Shown here in pieces: positions 1 through 10,494 of a stretch of 64,000 nt of DNA (positions are counted from its first letter, which is position 1; every line of letters starts with the position of its first letter). Source of the stretch: an uncultured virus (IMG/VR IMGVR_UViG_3300042350_001000) (Duplodnaviria; Heunggongvirae; Uroviricota; Caudoviricetes); IMG/VR virus record IMGVR_UViG_3300042350_001000; one strand, written 5' to 3'. A model generated the notes under the pieces. That model was not told the origin of the DNA. It saw nothing but the letters and a program-made list of their open reading frames with translations, and did no database searches. Position numbers and translations under genes: made by a program.

Positions 1-1772
1 TTCGCAGCGGCTGCTCTTTGAGCAATAAGTTGGTCAAGTTTATTTTGCTGAGAGGTTAAAAAGTCAGGAGTGAGTGCTGCTGTTTGATTACTCATAGCTG
101 TTTCCACAGCTTTAATACGAGCATCATACGAATCAGTCGCGGCTTTTTCTGCTCTTGTTAACCCTTCAACATATTTTTGATCCGCTAACAAACCTTTAGC
201 TTCAAGTCTAGCTTCTCTTTCCTCTGCTATACGTCTGTCAGATTGGGCTAGCTGCGCTTTAACTTCATCTCTTCTAGCTTGCAACTGGGCCATAGCAATA
301 TTTTCACCACTGGTTCTACTTCTAGCTTTTTCATCAAGGTTATAGAACGAGTTAACAGCAGTTGAATAAAGCTCGGCTTCTTTAGTTTTGGCAGCATCCA
401 CTTTGTCTTGCCTACGCTCAACCATACTAAGAGCAGTTGCAGATTTTGTACGAGCTGCTGTTTGCTCGGCAGACTTGAGTTCCATCTCAGATTTATCAAG
501 TTCCCGACGGGCTTTTTGATAATCCTTAAGATCTTGCCCAAATCCTTTAACAGCTTCAGAAGCGCCCTTACCAATATTGACAAAAGCATAAGGCGAAGAC
601 CCGCCAAGTATGCCAAGACCAGCCTCAAGAAGCCGCATGTTAGCTGCCTCTTTTTTATCTGTCTTAGCCTCTTCCCTCATTGTGTCTATGCGGCTTTGTA
701 TCTTTTCAAAAAATTTAGGGTCAACCCCAGATTTTTCTTCGATTGTTTTTATTCGTTCTAAAGCAGCTTCATCAGTCAAAGCTTCTGGCTTTGGTAGCCC
801 AGCCACATTTACAAGGCTTCTAGCCCTTTCTTCTGGAGATGCAGCAAAGTCACCAGTCTGGCCTGATCCCACAAAAGGTAATGAAGGCACAGTTGAAGAA
901 AGACCTGTAGTTGCCACAGCTTGTTTAACAGCGTCTTTGTTTGCTTGAGTCTGTCCCTGATCTGCTGTCCTATTAGCAAACGGATCAATCTTGGGTCTAC
1001 CCGTAGCATCGGCTCCAGGAGGAGCTGTCATTGTGCCGCGCTGTCCTTGTTCATACTGCTGCAAATATTTCTGCATATCAGCGGACATATTTTGCGGCAT
1101 AGCTCCACGTTGTGGTTGACCGGCTCTTTCTATGAATTCACTATAGGTAATATATTCCCCTGTATTAGGATCACGTTTCTTACGTTGATTCATTGGACGA
1201 GAGAACAACTCAGTAATCCCACGGGTCATAGGGCCGTACATACCACTATCTTCAACAGGTAGTTGATCCCAAGTAAATCCCGCTAGTCGTAAATCGCTAG
1301 GCTGTCCAAGTTTTACTGCCCCTTGATTCTGAAACCGCTGCACGTCCCCACCACCAGCAAATGCAACCATGCCGCCATCAGCATAGTCAAACATGTTGTC
1401 AGGTACGGGTAGGCCGGAGATGCCACGCTCCATCGCAGGTGACGGCACTTGGTTATTACTGACAGCAACTTGACCGCCGTAGGCCATACCGACTGGAGCT
1501 TGTTGCGGTGCAGCAGGCGGAGGCATAGCGGGTTGTGGGGGCGGTGCCATTCCAGTGTCTTGAGCGACTGTCGTACCGGATGGTGGTTGAGTGTTTGCAG
1601 CGACAATCCGTTGGATCGTCATCATCGCCATGAGTGCAGTCGTGGGGTCAATCTTTCCCGCAGCAGCGTCCATCTTCAGGCGTTGCACGTTAGATCCGTA
1701 AGTGGCAACAATGTCACCAACCGTACGATCTGCGGTCCTATTAACCGCTTTTTCTAGTGTCCGAAGGCTCAT
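1..1772 (-). CDS. Partial (runs off window) internal virion / DNA-ejection protein, module A
   Basis: Not in the ORF track; translated by hand from ATG 1772 (ATGA overlap with the upstream stop): MSLRTLEKAVN...MAYGGQV...YADGGMVAFAGGGDV...LLEAGLGILGGSSPYAFVNIGKGA. The frame was open in the stretches I checked, down to the window edge. It follows other ejection-type genes. Confidence 0.65.
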   Translation of the reverse strand, partial: MSLRTLEKAVNRTADRTVGDIVATYGSNVQRLKMDAAAGKIDPTTALMAMMTIQRIVAANTQPPSGTTVAQDTGMAPPPQPAMPPPAAPQQAPVGMAYGGQVAVSNNQVPSPAMERGISGLPVPDNMFDYADGGMVAFAGGGDVQRFQNQGAVKLGQPSDLRLAGFTWDQLPVEDSGMYGPMTRGITELFSRPMNQRKKRDPNTGEYITYSEFIERAGQPQRGAMPQNMSADMQKYLQQYEQGQRGTMTAPPGADATGRPKIDPFANRTADQGQTQANKDAVKQAVATTGLSSTVPSLPFVGSGQTGDFAASPEERARSLVNVAGLPKPEALTDEAALERIKTIEEKSGVDPKFFEKIQSRIDTMREEAKTDKKEAANMRLLEAGLGILGGSSPYAFVNIGKGASEAVKGFGQDLKDYQKARRELDKSEMELKSAEQTAARTKSATALSMVERRQDKVDAAKTKEAELYSTAVNSFYNLDEKARSRTSGENIAMAQLQARRDEVKAQLAQSDRRIAEEREARLEAKGLLADQKYVEGLTRAEKAATDSYDARIKAVETAMSNQTAALTPDFLTSQQNKLDQLIAQRAAAA

Positions 1773-2935
1773 CCTTTACCCCCGCCAAGCATGTTATACA
1801 GCCCAATCCCTGTCAAGCCCAAGCCGGTTAACTGACTAGCAAAGCTCGGTGGGGGTGTAGTTGCCGTTTGTGTGGAACCCTGCATCGGGATACCCCGCAA
1901 CAGATTAGAGAGTTGACCCACTTGAGTCATACCATATTGTGCTTGATCTGTAAGTTGTTGACGCTGAGCATCCATTTTCTGCTGCTCAATAGCACGTTGT
2001 AAATCACCAAACGCACCTTGTGTCTTGAGTACGTCAAGCTGACCAGCAAGTTGTTGTGTACCAAGCTGACCGAACGTACCTGCTAGCCCACCAAGTCCTT
2101 GGGCCGCACCCAGCCTAGTTTGTGCAGCCTGCTGCTGTGCTGCCTGATTTGCTAATTGCGCCTGAAGATCTTGCCCTGCACCGAGCTGCTGAACCCCAAG
2201 TGCTGCTTGCAGGTTCTGACTACCGATACCCATTTGTGCTGCACGATCCCGCTCAAACTGAGCTTGAGCATTTTCAAACGCAGACTGTAGACCTTTAGCT
2301 TGAATATCCGCCAGTGTTGATTGAAGTCCTGCTTCTCTTGAACCTTGGAGTAGTGTTTGCCTAGCACCACCATAAGTGCCTTGACGCGCCGCAGCAAGAT
2401 TCTGTCCTAACTGTGCTTCTCTAGCTGATTTAAGTGCCGCCGCCTGTTGACGATCCACAACCGACTGCATGTACGGCGACATGTAATTCTGAACTTCGGC
2501 GGCGCTGAACTGCCTAGCGGGGTCAAGTTGATAAGTAGTTAGCTGTGGCCCAGCTACGCCTAGCCCCTGATAGTTTTGGAGTGCTTGCAGTCCTGATGCC
2601 GCTGCTTGCCCAGCCTGTGTACCTAGTTGATATTGCCCAGGCGTACCCATCGTACCGAGCTGTTGTCCAACCGCTTGTTGGAAAGGCGAAAGATCAGCAA
2701 CGCTGCCTCTGCCCATTAGCCCTGCTTGGAACAGTGGAGCATATTGCTCTTGATAAGCAGCTTGGCCTGTTAGCCCTTGAGGTCTTTCCCCGGTTATTCT
2801 AAAAATTTCAGATACACCACGACCAATTAGTCCTGGTTTGTAGCCTGTTTCGCCTTCTTTGCCGGTTCCTAGATAAAACTGCTCTAGGACTTTTGGTATC
2901 TCGGCTGCGGTGGTAATTGTTTGCGTAGTGCTCAT
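1769..2935 (-). CDS. Gln/Ala/Gly-rich internal virion (ejection/pilot-like) protein, module A
   Basis: 388 aa; YMSPYMQSVV...GTYGGARQ motif and C-terminal hydrophobic Gly helix; homologous to 56855..57829 (YMNPYIKDVV...GGFGGKR). Confidence 0.6.
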   Translation of the reverse strand: MSTTQTITTAAEIPKVLEQFYLGTGKEGETGYKPGLIGRGVSEIFRITGERPQGLTGQAAYQEQYAPLFQAGLMGRGSVADLSPFQQAVGQQLGTMGTPGQYQLGTQAGQAAASGLQALQNYQGLGVAGPQLTTYQLDPARQFSAAEVQNYMSPYMQSVVDRQQAAALKSAREAQLGQNLAAARQGTYGGARQTLLQGSREAGLQSTLADIQAKGLQSAFENAQAQFERDRAAQMGIGSQNLQAALGVQQLGAGQDLQAQLANQAAQQQAAQTRLGAAQGLGGLAGTFGQLGTQQLAGQLDVLKTQGAFGDLQRAIEQQKMDAQRQQLTDQAQYGMTQVGQLSNLLRGIPMQGSTQTATTPPPSFASQLTGLGLTGIGLYNMLGGGKG

Positions 2936-2945
2936 AGTTATTTCC

Positions 2946-5900
2946 TCAAGCAGGCATCAAACGACCCGTGTCTACTTCGGGCGGTTGTTCTGTGGTGCCA
3001 TGTCGTGCTTTTCTAACTCGATCCATCATGGCGTAAAGTTTCTTAGACCCAGCGTTACTGGAGCCGTTACCTAGATCTGCAACAACATCGGCAGGGATCA
3101 CAAACTCTCCATCGGCAAGACGCGCCTCTTGAACACCCTCGATGGTAGCAGGCACACTATCACTCATGCCATCCCCTGCGCCATTTATTGTGCGTGGTTC
3201 GTTAGCAGGCCCAGTGGCACCCCCCGCAGCAAGTGCGCCAAGCCCAGCCATACCACCTGAAGCTGCACGGAACGGCACACGTCCAAGTGTTTCGGCAAAC
3301 AAATCTGCCCCACGGCGTTTTTTACGTTCTTCTTCCTCTTCTTGTGCGGCCATAGCCTGTGCGTACTTGTCACCTTCAGACACCATACCGGCTGCACTAA
3401 TTGCCATCGGCACCGCATACAATGTGCTTATGGGTTGATCTGCCACTGATTGAAATTTTTCAAATCCAGCAACTGCTTTGTCTTTAATGGTGTCTAGCGC
3501 AGAAGGTTGAGTAACTGGGGGTGTGCCAGGAGAAGCATTGAAAGCACCTAAATCAGCCGTAGGCATACTCGGAGTCATTATTTCTTTTGCAAAGTCAGTA
3601 GGTACTGTGGATATTTCTGGGGCAACAGGTAACGTAGAAGGACCACCAAACATCACACTATTCCCTACATTTCCAGCCATAAGATTTGGATCTGTAAACC
3701 GACTAGCCGTATCAATAGCTGCCTGTGGTGCTGCTCCTGCACCTGTGGGTGCGGCTCCGCTTGTAAGCCCAAGATTTTGTGCGGCACTGCCAATGCCATA
3801 AGACATCAAGCCTGACATCAGACCGCGTTTAAAGTCAAAACCTTTCTCGCCGCCAAGACCGCCAGCAACACCAGAAATTAGTGCTTTAGTAGCAAGTCCT
3901 AACCCAGGGATAAACGGCGCTATGAACGGAGCAACTTTACCTACAGTCTTTAATACTTTCCTCCAACTGAAGTACTCAGGCAGGCCAGTCTGTGGATTTA
4001 TAGTACCCGCACCACCTGCGGCTTGTAGCATCTGAGCTTCTTCGGGGCTAATGTGAGCTAGCATTGTGTCGCCAAACCGACCCTTTTGTGCCATCTCTTG
4101 AGCGTAGCCTTTCATGGCAATACTGCCTAGACCACGACCGACACCACCGCCTTCGGCGTATTGATAAAGCCCTCGAATACCGCTTGTAGCTGGAGCTACT
4201 GACTTAAACATGGTTGCTGGGAAGTATTCAGCACCGGTCCGTCCTTGTCTAAGCATCAAATGACGTAACGCCGCTTCTTGGTCGGCAGGACTCATGTTTG
4301 CACGCGCAGCAGCTTCTAGTCCTTTAAGCTCAGGGCCAAATAAAACATTACGCGGCACATCAAAAACACCCTGCTTACGCGCTAGTTCTACCGTAGCGGG
4401 AGTAAGCCCAAAGTCTTCAAACGAGAACTTCTTCTCCCCAGCCATTTCTGTTTTGCCACCTTCGGCAAGGGCTATTGGTCCGCCAGCGTAAGTTTGCACT
4501 ACATCATCTGCAAAAGGGTCTTCTTTTGTTGGTGGAGTTCCCCCACCTCCTGGAGGTGTGTCTGGAGTACCCGCTTCTCTAATAGGCGCGTCCGGTCCTT
4601 CACGTTCTCCAAACAATATCCCAGGTATATCTAAATACCCTAAGTCAAAATAATCTTTATCTACTCCGCCAGTTGTAGTACCGCCAGCATCACTTACACC
4701 ACCTACGCCACCACCAACACCTATACCACCACCAACACCTATACCGCCTGCGCCACCACCGATAAACGAAGATCCTTCCCCGCCAACCGTATTACCTGCA
4801 CCACCAACCGTATTACCCGCACCGCCAACCGTACTACCTGCGCCTCCCGTATTTGTTCCTACAGAACTAGGTGCCCCACCATAAGTTAACGAAGGGGCAG
4901 CTAACGCATTAACCTGCGGTGGTGCAACTTGTTTTGCAGCGTTTATAGCCGCCGTTCTTTCTGCGGCTAATTGTTTTTGAGCAAAGAACTGTGTAGGTGT
5001 CAAACCAATAGCGGCTTGGATATCAGTCTCTGGGATGTTGTACCGAGACATTTCATACGCAACAGACTGCGGTGTTATCGATGGGTTTGCAAAGTAGTTA
5101 GCAATATTTTTAAAGTACTGAGACTCTCCAATACCGCCCGGACGAGTTGCATAAGACAATCCTGCGGAGGGCTGCTCCGTTAGCGTCCCCATACCACTAG
5201 GCCCAATAGAACGAGTCATCGTTCTTAAGTTGGGTTGCCCTACATATTCCGATACAAGCCGACCTAGCCCACGCGACGGAGCTAGTTGTGTTGGCGCTTG
5301 ATAAGGCGCATTAAAACCTGTCGGCACTGGGCTTGTAGGCGCACCTGCTGGTAACCCCAAAAGCTGAAAAGCTGCATCTGTAGCATTTGCCGGATCGTTG
5401 TATTTAATAATGGACTTAATCTGGTCCGGGGTGTACATCTTCAACAGATTCTGAACATATCCACGTTTGGTGTCTAAGCTAGCACCACTGTTCCACTGCA
5501 ACCCACCGATGTTGTAGATTCTGCTTGAGGTTGGTATATCTGCGGCAACCGCACTAAGAGCCGCACCAAGCCCAGTATTTGTAGTAGTTGTGGGGATTGT
5601 AGTAGTTGTAGTGTTTGTCGTCCCAGTGTTTGTGGTGTTTCCAGTGTTTGTGGTGTTTGTGGTGTTTGTGGTGTTTGTAGTCCCAGTGTTTGGTTGGGCC
5701 AAAGCTGCTATTTGGGTATCGTTAAAACCTTGATTAACTCTGGCGGCAACCGTGGATTTCGCAAGTCCTGTAGCAGTTGCTAAAGCATTAATTCTAGCGG
5801 TGTACGCATCGTTAGCCTGTGAGTAAAGATCTTGGGCTATATCTGCGGTAACCGCACTTTCTTGCGTTGCACTGGGCTTTTTATTTAGCCCGTTAGCAAG

Positions 5901-6041
5901 CATCCAAGTAATGGTACCTTCGTCAATACCAGCACTCTCTAAATCTTTTGCTGTTATATCGTTGGCGTTAAACCAATTAATTTTTTTCTGAGCGTCGTAT
6001 TTTGTTGGGTCCGCCCAATCAGCAGGAAGTGTAAGTGCCAT
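2946..6041 (-). CDS. Large low-complexity internal virion protein, module A
   Basis: 1031 aa; GRFGDTMLAHI...GTINPQTGLPEYF motif; C-terminal GAGDGMSDSVPA...LADGEFVIPADVV domain shared with 57832..61563; TTN and GGAGNTV repeats. Confidence 0.6.
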   Translation of the reverse strand: MALTLPADWADPTKYDAQKKINWFNANDITAKDLESAGIDEGTITWMLANGLNKKPSATQESAVTADIAQDLYSQANDAYTARINALATATGLAKSTVAARVNQGFNDTQIAALAQPNTGTTNTTNTTNTTNTGNTTNTGTTNTTTTTIPTTTTNTGLGAALSAVAADIPTSSRIYNIGGLQWNSGASLDTKRGYVQNLLKMYTPDQIKSIIKYNDPANATDAAFQLLGLPAGAPTSPVPTGFNAPYQAPTQLAPSRGLGRLVSEYVGQPNLRTMTRSIGPSGMGTLTEQPSAGLSYATRPGGIGESQYFKNIANYFANPSITPQSVAYEMSRYNIPETDIQAAIGLTPTQFFAQKQLAAERTAAINAAKQVAPPQVNALAAPSLTYGGAPSSVGTNTGGAGSTVGGAGNTVGGAGNTVGGEGSSFIGGGAGGIGVGGGIGVGGGVGGVSDAGGTTTGGVDKDYFDLGYLDIPGILFGEREGPDAPIREAGTPDTPPGGGGTPPTKEDPFADDVVQTYAGGPIALAEGGKTEMAGEKKFSFEDFGLTPATVELARKQGVFDVPRNVLFGPELKGLEAAARANMSPADQEAALRHLMLRQGRTGAEYFPATMFKSVAPATSGIRGLYQYAEGGGVGRGLGSIAMKGYAQEMAQKGRFGDTMLAHISPEEAQMLQAAGGAGTINPQTGLPEYFSWRKVLKTVGKVAPFIAPFIPGLGLATKALISGVAGGLGGEKGFDFKRGLMSGLMSYGIGSAAQNLGLTSGAAPTGAGAAPQAAIDTASRFTDPNLMAGNVGNSVMFGGPSTLPVAPEISTVPTDFAKEIMTPSMPTADLGAFNASPGTPPVTQPSALDTIKDKAVAGFEKFQSVADQPISTLYAVPMAISAAGMVSEGDKYAQAMAAQEEEEERKKRRGADLFAETLGRVPFRAASGGMAGLGALAAGGATGPANEPRTINGAGDGMSDSVPATIEGVQEARLADGEFVIPADVVADLGNGSSNAGSKKLYAMMDRVRKARHGTTEQPPEVDTGRLMPA

Positions 6042-6049
6042 TATTTATC

Positions 6050-6817
6050 TCACGCAATAGTTACAGTTGGCGCATAACCAGCTAGTGTAAGAGACTTTGT
6101 TGGGTTAATTACGAATCGGTTAGGAATAGCAGAAACCCATGACAGCGTTGCAATTACAGAAGGAATGGCTGGTCTACTTGGACTAGACGAGGTAGGTAAC
6201 GTTTGGATACTAACAGCGACATCGTCAGTTTTCCACATGATTTCTACGTAGTCTCTGGCGTTTAACTCTGTAAAAAAATTAAGTGCGGCAATTAAGTGCC
6301 CATCTACACCACCATGACTGTTTGGCACGGAGTATCTAGAATTTGAATTCGCTATGTTTGTACCGTTTTTTCTAAACCAAATATCTATGTCATGAATTTG
6401 CGCATCAGTATTAACGAGTTGAATACTAAATTGAAGATTATATAACCCGCTTACATAAGGAGTAATTCTTGAACTATTCTCAACAAAAACTCCGTTTGAA
6501 TAATCAGTCGTGTTGTACGTTACTGGATAAGCAGTTGTTGTATTCGCAGCAATTTGATCAGTGCTATCTTGAAACGCGCCGTAGGGTACAACCAGTCCAG
6601 ATCCAAACCCCGAAAGCGTGCTTGCGGTTACACTGCCTCCACTAAATGATCCACCAATAAATTGATTCGCACGATAAGACTGTGCCTCGTTAGGAGACAA
6701 CGAATCCAAACGGTTAAAGTACAAACGCAACGCACGAATAAACTCGTTTTGCTGACGTACGTCATACTGTGGAGGCGGTAGCGGTAGCGCAGGTGCCCTG
6801 AACCCAACAAGCGCCAT
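6050..6817 (-). CDS. Tail-associated protein with C1q/TNF-like (BclA-C-like) beta-sandwich
   Basis: YGAF..GLYNLQFSIQ..DIWFRKNG..PAIPSVIAT pattern, also present in 21010..21594; lies directly after the nozzle gene. Confidence 0.5.
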   Translation of the reverse strand: MALVGFRAPALPLPPPQYDVRQQNEFIRALRLYFNRLDSLSPNEAQSYRANQFIGGSFSGGSVTASTLSGFGSGLVVPYGAFQDSTDQIAANTTTAYPVTYNTTDYSNGVFVENSSRITPYVSGLYNLQFSIQLVNTDAQIHDIDIWFRKNGTNIANSNSRYSVPNSHGGVDGHLIAALNFFTELNARDYVEIMWKTDDVAVSIQTLPTSSSPSRPAIPSVIATLSWVSAIPNRFVINPTKSLTLAGYAPTVTIA

Positions 6818-6819
6818 GA

Positions 6820-8742
6820 CTATCTCTTACCATCCGGGCGTACGTCAAGACGAAGCGAACCTAGCTGCCATTGCACTCCTAACTCGGTGGACTCTACCTT
6901 TAACGCCATCTGCCTACCACGGGCACGAATAAACACCTGATCTGTGTACTGGTCAATCGTTGCGCTACTAGAAATAACACTCTGAGTATCCGACGCAGTG
7001 TTTGCGTAAGCACTTCCTGAGAACCTCTTAGGACGCATGGTCATCGTTACGGTCGGTGAAGCGGCTGTCGATTCCGTAAAGTTAAGGTCAGGCAGTAACC
7101 GTCTAGTCAGCATAAACTGCTCTCCGTCACCCAAGTCAAAATCAGAAGACTGGATGTAAGAAGTCATGGGAGCGCCGTCGTCGTTGACTCCATCTTCGTG
7201 CGCGTATACGTAACCTATATCTTCATTTTCACCTGTTTTACAAGCAATTGGGTTACCACGGAGCGCGGTATCTAGCCAAGCTGTACGAACGATTTCGCCG
7301 TAGTACCAAGCGTTTTCTAAATGATTAAAGATGACGTAACGGTTATTCCACGTTGACTCTGCGCTTGGATAAAACCACCAAATCTCGGTAAACCCTTCGT
7401 TACTCCCGCAGACAATTTGGTCTGATTGGTTTAAATTTATATCTTGAAAGACGTATTGACGCAAGGTACAAGGCAGCGTCTGCACCTGACCTGTATATAC
7501 ATAGAACTTATCCTGCCCCATCCAATACGTGACGTTGTTTGCTGTAGCTACTGCACGCGGCCCAATAATAGAGATGTTGTCAGCTAATTCTTGCAGCCCA
7601 AACACATCGGTCGTGCCCAGATACTGCATCGAATAAAGACTGGAGTTTGTCCAAATCAAAATCTCTTGGCGCGTCGCTAACGCACGGACAATTTCCGAGC
7701 CTCTAGAAACCCGGATAAATCCAGCAGAATTAGATGTTGACGGAGTCCAATTTTGCGGCTCGTCTTGATTAGCCCAACGAATAAGCAAGGGATCAAAATC
7801 AGTCACCGCCCCACCATAAGGTTGACAACCAAAAGCCAAAAGATGTTTGTCGTTCTGAGACACTAAAGTCTGCATAGCAGTAGTAGGCACGCCACTAGCA
7901 CCTGTAAGGCTAGACAGAGGAACTGCGCGAGTATCTAGAACTGTCGATGGGTTTGGTAATGTCCCCCGCTCCCAGTAATAGATCGCTCCATTACGGATAT
8001 TCATTACGAGGTCGTTGTCAAAATTATCAAACCACCAATCTCGCTGTTGTAGAACAATAGGCGCGTTGCTTCCGTACCCCCAGCTAAAAGATCCATAACC
8101 TCCAGTACCCCAACCATATCCATAAGTGGTTACGGTATAGCCAGAAGAGATGGCATATTTAGCAGTGACCGCACCTCCACCGGTTCCAGAGTCCGAACTA
8201 TTGGCTACTACAGGAACAACAGCATTTAAATTTGAAGACCTTGCCGATATTTTGTAAGACGTTGCGCTTACTATTTCTGTTATTTCATAATCTTGGTCAA
8301 GCACTGCGGCTGTTATATTTCCGCCAAGACTAGCCGCTCCGCTAAACGTAACAAAATCGCCTATTGCGCGATTTGCTGGGCAGCTACTGTCTACAACCGT
8401 AATGATGGAAGATCCGTTTGTAACCGTAAACGTTGTGGTATTTGTTGTCGTACCGGCAGTTTCTAGGGGGGTTATATTGTAATAATAACCACCAGCTTCT
8501 ATGTAAACGTGGCTATCTGTACCTAGAGCAAGTAAATTATCACTGTAGGAAGTGATCCAGTTAAATAACTGCCTACAAACACCAAAGAAAAAATAAGTAC
8601 TAGCTTTTTCCCAACCACCTATTTTTTGTGGGTAGCCTGAAAAGAATCGAATCTTGTCGCACTCATACCAACCACCTTCGCCGGAATAGCTCGTTTGGTC
8701 GCGGTTGACCCCTGGTCTAAAATTCAGTTTGAGGAATGGCAT
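6820..8742 (-). CDS. Tail nozzle / packaged-DNA stabilisation protein (P22 gp10 / T7 gp12-like), module A
   Basis: 640 aa beta-rich; PGVNR...KIGGW, YWMGQDKFYVY, EIWWFYPS, RARGRQ..PDGKR motifs; homologous to 61792..63879. Confidence 0.7.
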   Translation of the reverse strand: MPFLKLNFRPGVNRDQTSYSGEGGWYECDKIRFFSGYPQKIGGWEKASTYFFFGVCRQLFNWITSYSDNLLALGTDSHVYIEAGGYYYNITPLETAGTTTNTTTFTVTNGSSIITVVDSSCPANRAIGDFVTFSGAASLGGNITAAVLDQDYEITEIVSATSYKISARSSNLNAVVPVVANSSDSGTGGGAVTAKYAISSGYTVTTYGYGWGTGGYGSFSWGYGSNAPIVLQQRDWWFDNFDNDLVMNIRNGAIYYWERGTLPNPSTVLDTRAVPLSSLTGASGVPTTAMQTLVSQNDKHLLAFGCQPYGGAVTDFDPLLIRWANQDEPQNWTPSTSNSAGFIRVSRGSEIVRALATRQEILIWTNSSLYSMQYLGTTDVFGLQELADNISIIGPRAVATANNVTYWMGQDKFYVYTGQVQTLPCTLRQYVFQDINLNQSDQIVCGSNEGFTEIWWFYPSAESTWNNRYVIFNHLENAWYYGEIVRTAWLDTALRGNPIACKTGENEDIGYVYAHEDGVNDDGAPMTSYIQSSDFDLGDGEQFMLTRRLLPDLNFTESTAASPTVTMTMRPKRFSGSAYANTASDTQSVISSSATIDQYTDQVFIRARGRQMALKVESTELGVQWQLGSLRLDVRPDGKR

Positions 8743-8745
8743 CGA

Positions 8746-9228
8746 TCACCTCATTAAGGCAGCTTCTGCCGCACGGCGACGGGTAAGGCCGGGAAGAACT
8801 CGACCGGCAGCTTTATTCCAGAGCATACATTGGTCTGCTGCACCATCCCAGTCCCCTGCATCAATACGTTTCTTGAACGTGGAAACCCGATAGTTCCCTA
8901 AGCCACAATTGTAAGCCCAGCTTGTCACGGCGGCAATGCGTCTTGGTAATGCAGTCTGAAGTTTGGGAGACATCTTAAAAAGCCCCCTGACAAAGTACTC
9001 AACGTGATGATCCAGCGCATCTTCACACTGCTCAATCGTCCAGATCGTGCCGGGATTAATTTCAGGGCCAGTTGCACCCCAGCCGATTGTCCAAGGATGT
9101 CCACGGGTTCCGGGGTCGGGATAAGCTGTTACACGTCCGTCAGGCAAACGCTTTGCCAGCCCTTCAAAAGGCTTAATTAATACATCCTTGCAAAGCTTCT
9201 TAGCCTCATTCACCAGATTTCTCAGCAA
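8746..9228 (-). CDS. Endolysin, phage lysozyme (GH24)
   Basis: FEG..AYPDPGT..WTIGWG, AYNCGLG, W.KA.G..LPGLTRRRAAE motifs; true start possibly GTG near 9213. Confidence 0.9.
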   Translation of the reverse strand: MLRNLVNEAKKLCKDVLIKPFEGLAKRLPDGRVTAYPDPGTRGHPWTIGWGATGPEINPGTIWTIEQCEDALDHHVEYFVRGLFKMSPKLQTALPRRIAAVTSWAYNCGLGNYRVSTFKKRIDAGDWDGAADQCMLWNKAAGRVLPGLTRRRAAEAALMR

Positions 9229-9388
9229 TCAATCGGTTGACGTGTTCCCAAAGCGCGTGAATCTGCCTATCGTGGTCCTTCTCCAAGTAATCAAGCCGAG
9301 TCTTAATGGTCACGGCATAAACGGCCACGCCAACAAGCGCAACCCCCAAGAACCAAACCCTTGCGAGGGAATCGATCAAGGCTTCCAC
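9206..9388 (-). CDS. Small single-TM lysis-cassette protein
   Basis: 60 aa with one hydrophobic helix and a coiled tail; lies between holin-like gene and lysozyme. Confidence 0.5.
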   Translation of the reverse strand: MEALIDSLARVWFLGVALVGVAVYAVTIKTRLDYLEKDHDRQIHALWEHVNRLIAEKSGE

Positions 9389-9390
9389 GA

Positions 9391-9879
9391 CTACCCACCT
9401 TTGTTGTACTTCTCAATCGATCGTCCTACAAACCAGAACGTAAGCATCATGTTCAGCATGGCGAAATCATCCTCGTCGTAGGACTTGGTCAAGACATCGG
9501 CCCAGTTCGCATTGGTCTGGAAGGCAATCGTTAAGCCAGCAGCTTTAACAGCAACATAAACCCCAAAAGCAATCCAAGTGAGGCCAGGACGGGTGATAGC
9601 AGTGACAAAAGAAGCCAGCCAACCTGCCTCCTTTGCAGTCTGAGCCTGCTCCTTAAATGCCTCCTTGATCGTGTCCATTTGTTGAATGCTGTAGTCAACA
9701 TACTTTTCCTCCATCTTGAACTCGCCCCTCATTTTTTCGAGGTCGGTTTGGAGTTGGAACATGGATAACTCGTGCTGGCGCTCGTTCTTCTTGTCCAGGA
9801 ACTTCAATACCTCCGGCGCAAGCCTAAACAAGCCACCGAAGATGGAGCCCAGGAGACCGCCGCCAAGTAGTTCAAACAT
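9391..9879 (-). CDS. Holin-like membrane protein
   Basis: N-terminal GGGLLG helix, RP.LTW TM segment and C-terminal FWFVGRS.EK; upstream of endolysin. Confidence 0.6.
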   Translation of the reverse strand: MFELLGGGLLGSIFGGLFRLAPEVLKFLDKKNERQHELSMFQLQTDLEKMRGEFKMEEKYVDYSIQQMDTIKEAFKEQAQTAKEAGWLASFVTAITRPGLTWIAFGVYVAVKAAGLTIAFQTNANWADVLTKSYDEDDFAMLNMMLTFWFVGRSIEKYNKGG

Positions 9880-10300
9880 GGTTACCCTTAGCAGTTACGA
9901 TGTCGGCACCCTTCTTGACTGTTACCTTGCTGCCTTCAACATCAACCTGCATAGGCGGCTCGGCACGGTCCAACTTGTCCAGACGGGTGATAAGGTCCTT
10001 GATGACCTCGAACTCGGGTTTTTCCTGCTTTGGCGCGGTTCCAGCAATGCCATTAAGCATTTGGATCAAGGCTGTCAACGAAGCGCCTAGCAGGCCCATT
10101 ACAGCGGCGATCTTCTCGCCCTCAAGGAATAACGATGCACCGACACCCACGAGCACGATCAGGAAGATATAAAGCAGCCCATCTTCGCCAATGGCTTTTC
10201 CTGCTACTTCTTTGGCCGAGTCTTGCGCTTTAAGTTCTTCAAGCCGGATCTTGGCTTGCGCCTTAAGAACCGCCAACTCGTGGGTTTTATCGTCCATCAT
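9872..10300 (-). CDS. Two-TM membrane protein in lysis region
   Basis: Two hydrophobic segments (LLYIFLIVLVGVGASLFL; IAAVMGLLGASLTALI). Confidence 0.5.
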   Translation of the reverse strand: MMDDKTHELAVLKAQAKIRLEELKAQDSAKEVAGKAIGEDGLLYIFLIVLVGVGASLFLEGEKIAAVMGLLGASLTALIQMLNGIAGTAPKQEKPEFEVIKDLITRLDKLDRAEPPMQVDVEGSKVTVKKGADIVTAKGNHV

Positions 10301-10494
10301 ATGCCCAGGAGCTTTTTAACGAACATGGCCGCGACACCTGGACCAAGCAGGACCGCCGCAATCGTGATGTAAAGCAGCCACTCAATGTGACGCATGCGCT
10401 TGCTTCCATCACCGAGGCGTTTCTCGATGTTCTCGTAGCGTTGGGCGCAAACCGCTTCATGTACCGATAAGCGCTTGTCCAGGTCATCACTCAT
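10297..10494 (-). CDS. XhlA-like coiled-coil plus C-terminal TM protein
   Basis: HEAVCAQRYENIEKRL coiled coil followed by a hydrophobic tail; lysis-region position. Confidence 0.5.
   Translation of the reverse strand: MSDDLDKRLSVHEAVCAQRYENIEKRLGDGSKRMRHIEWLLYITIAAVLLGPGVAAMFVKKLLGI

Noticed and set aside
248..1757. Short ORFs listed in the track at the left end
   Set aside because: Superseded by one long minus-strand frame (1772 to the window edge) that the track omits because it lacks a stop.
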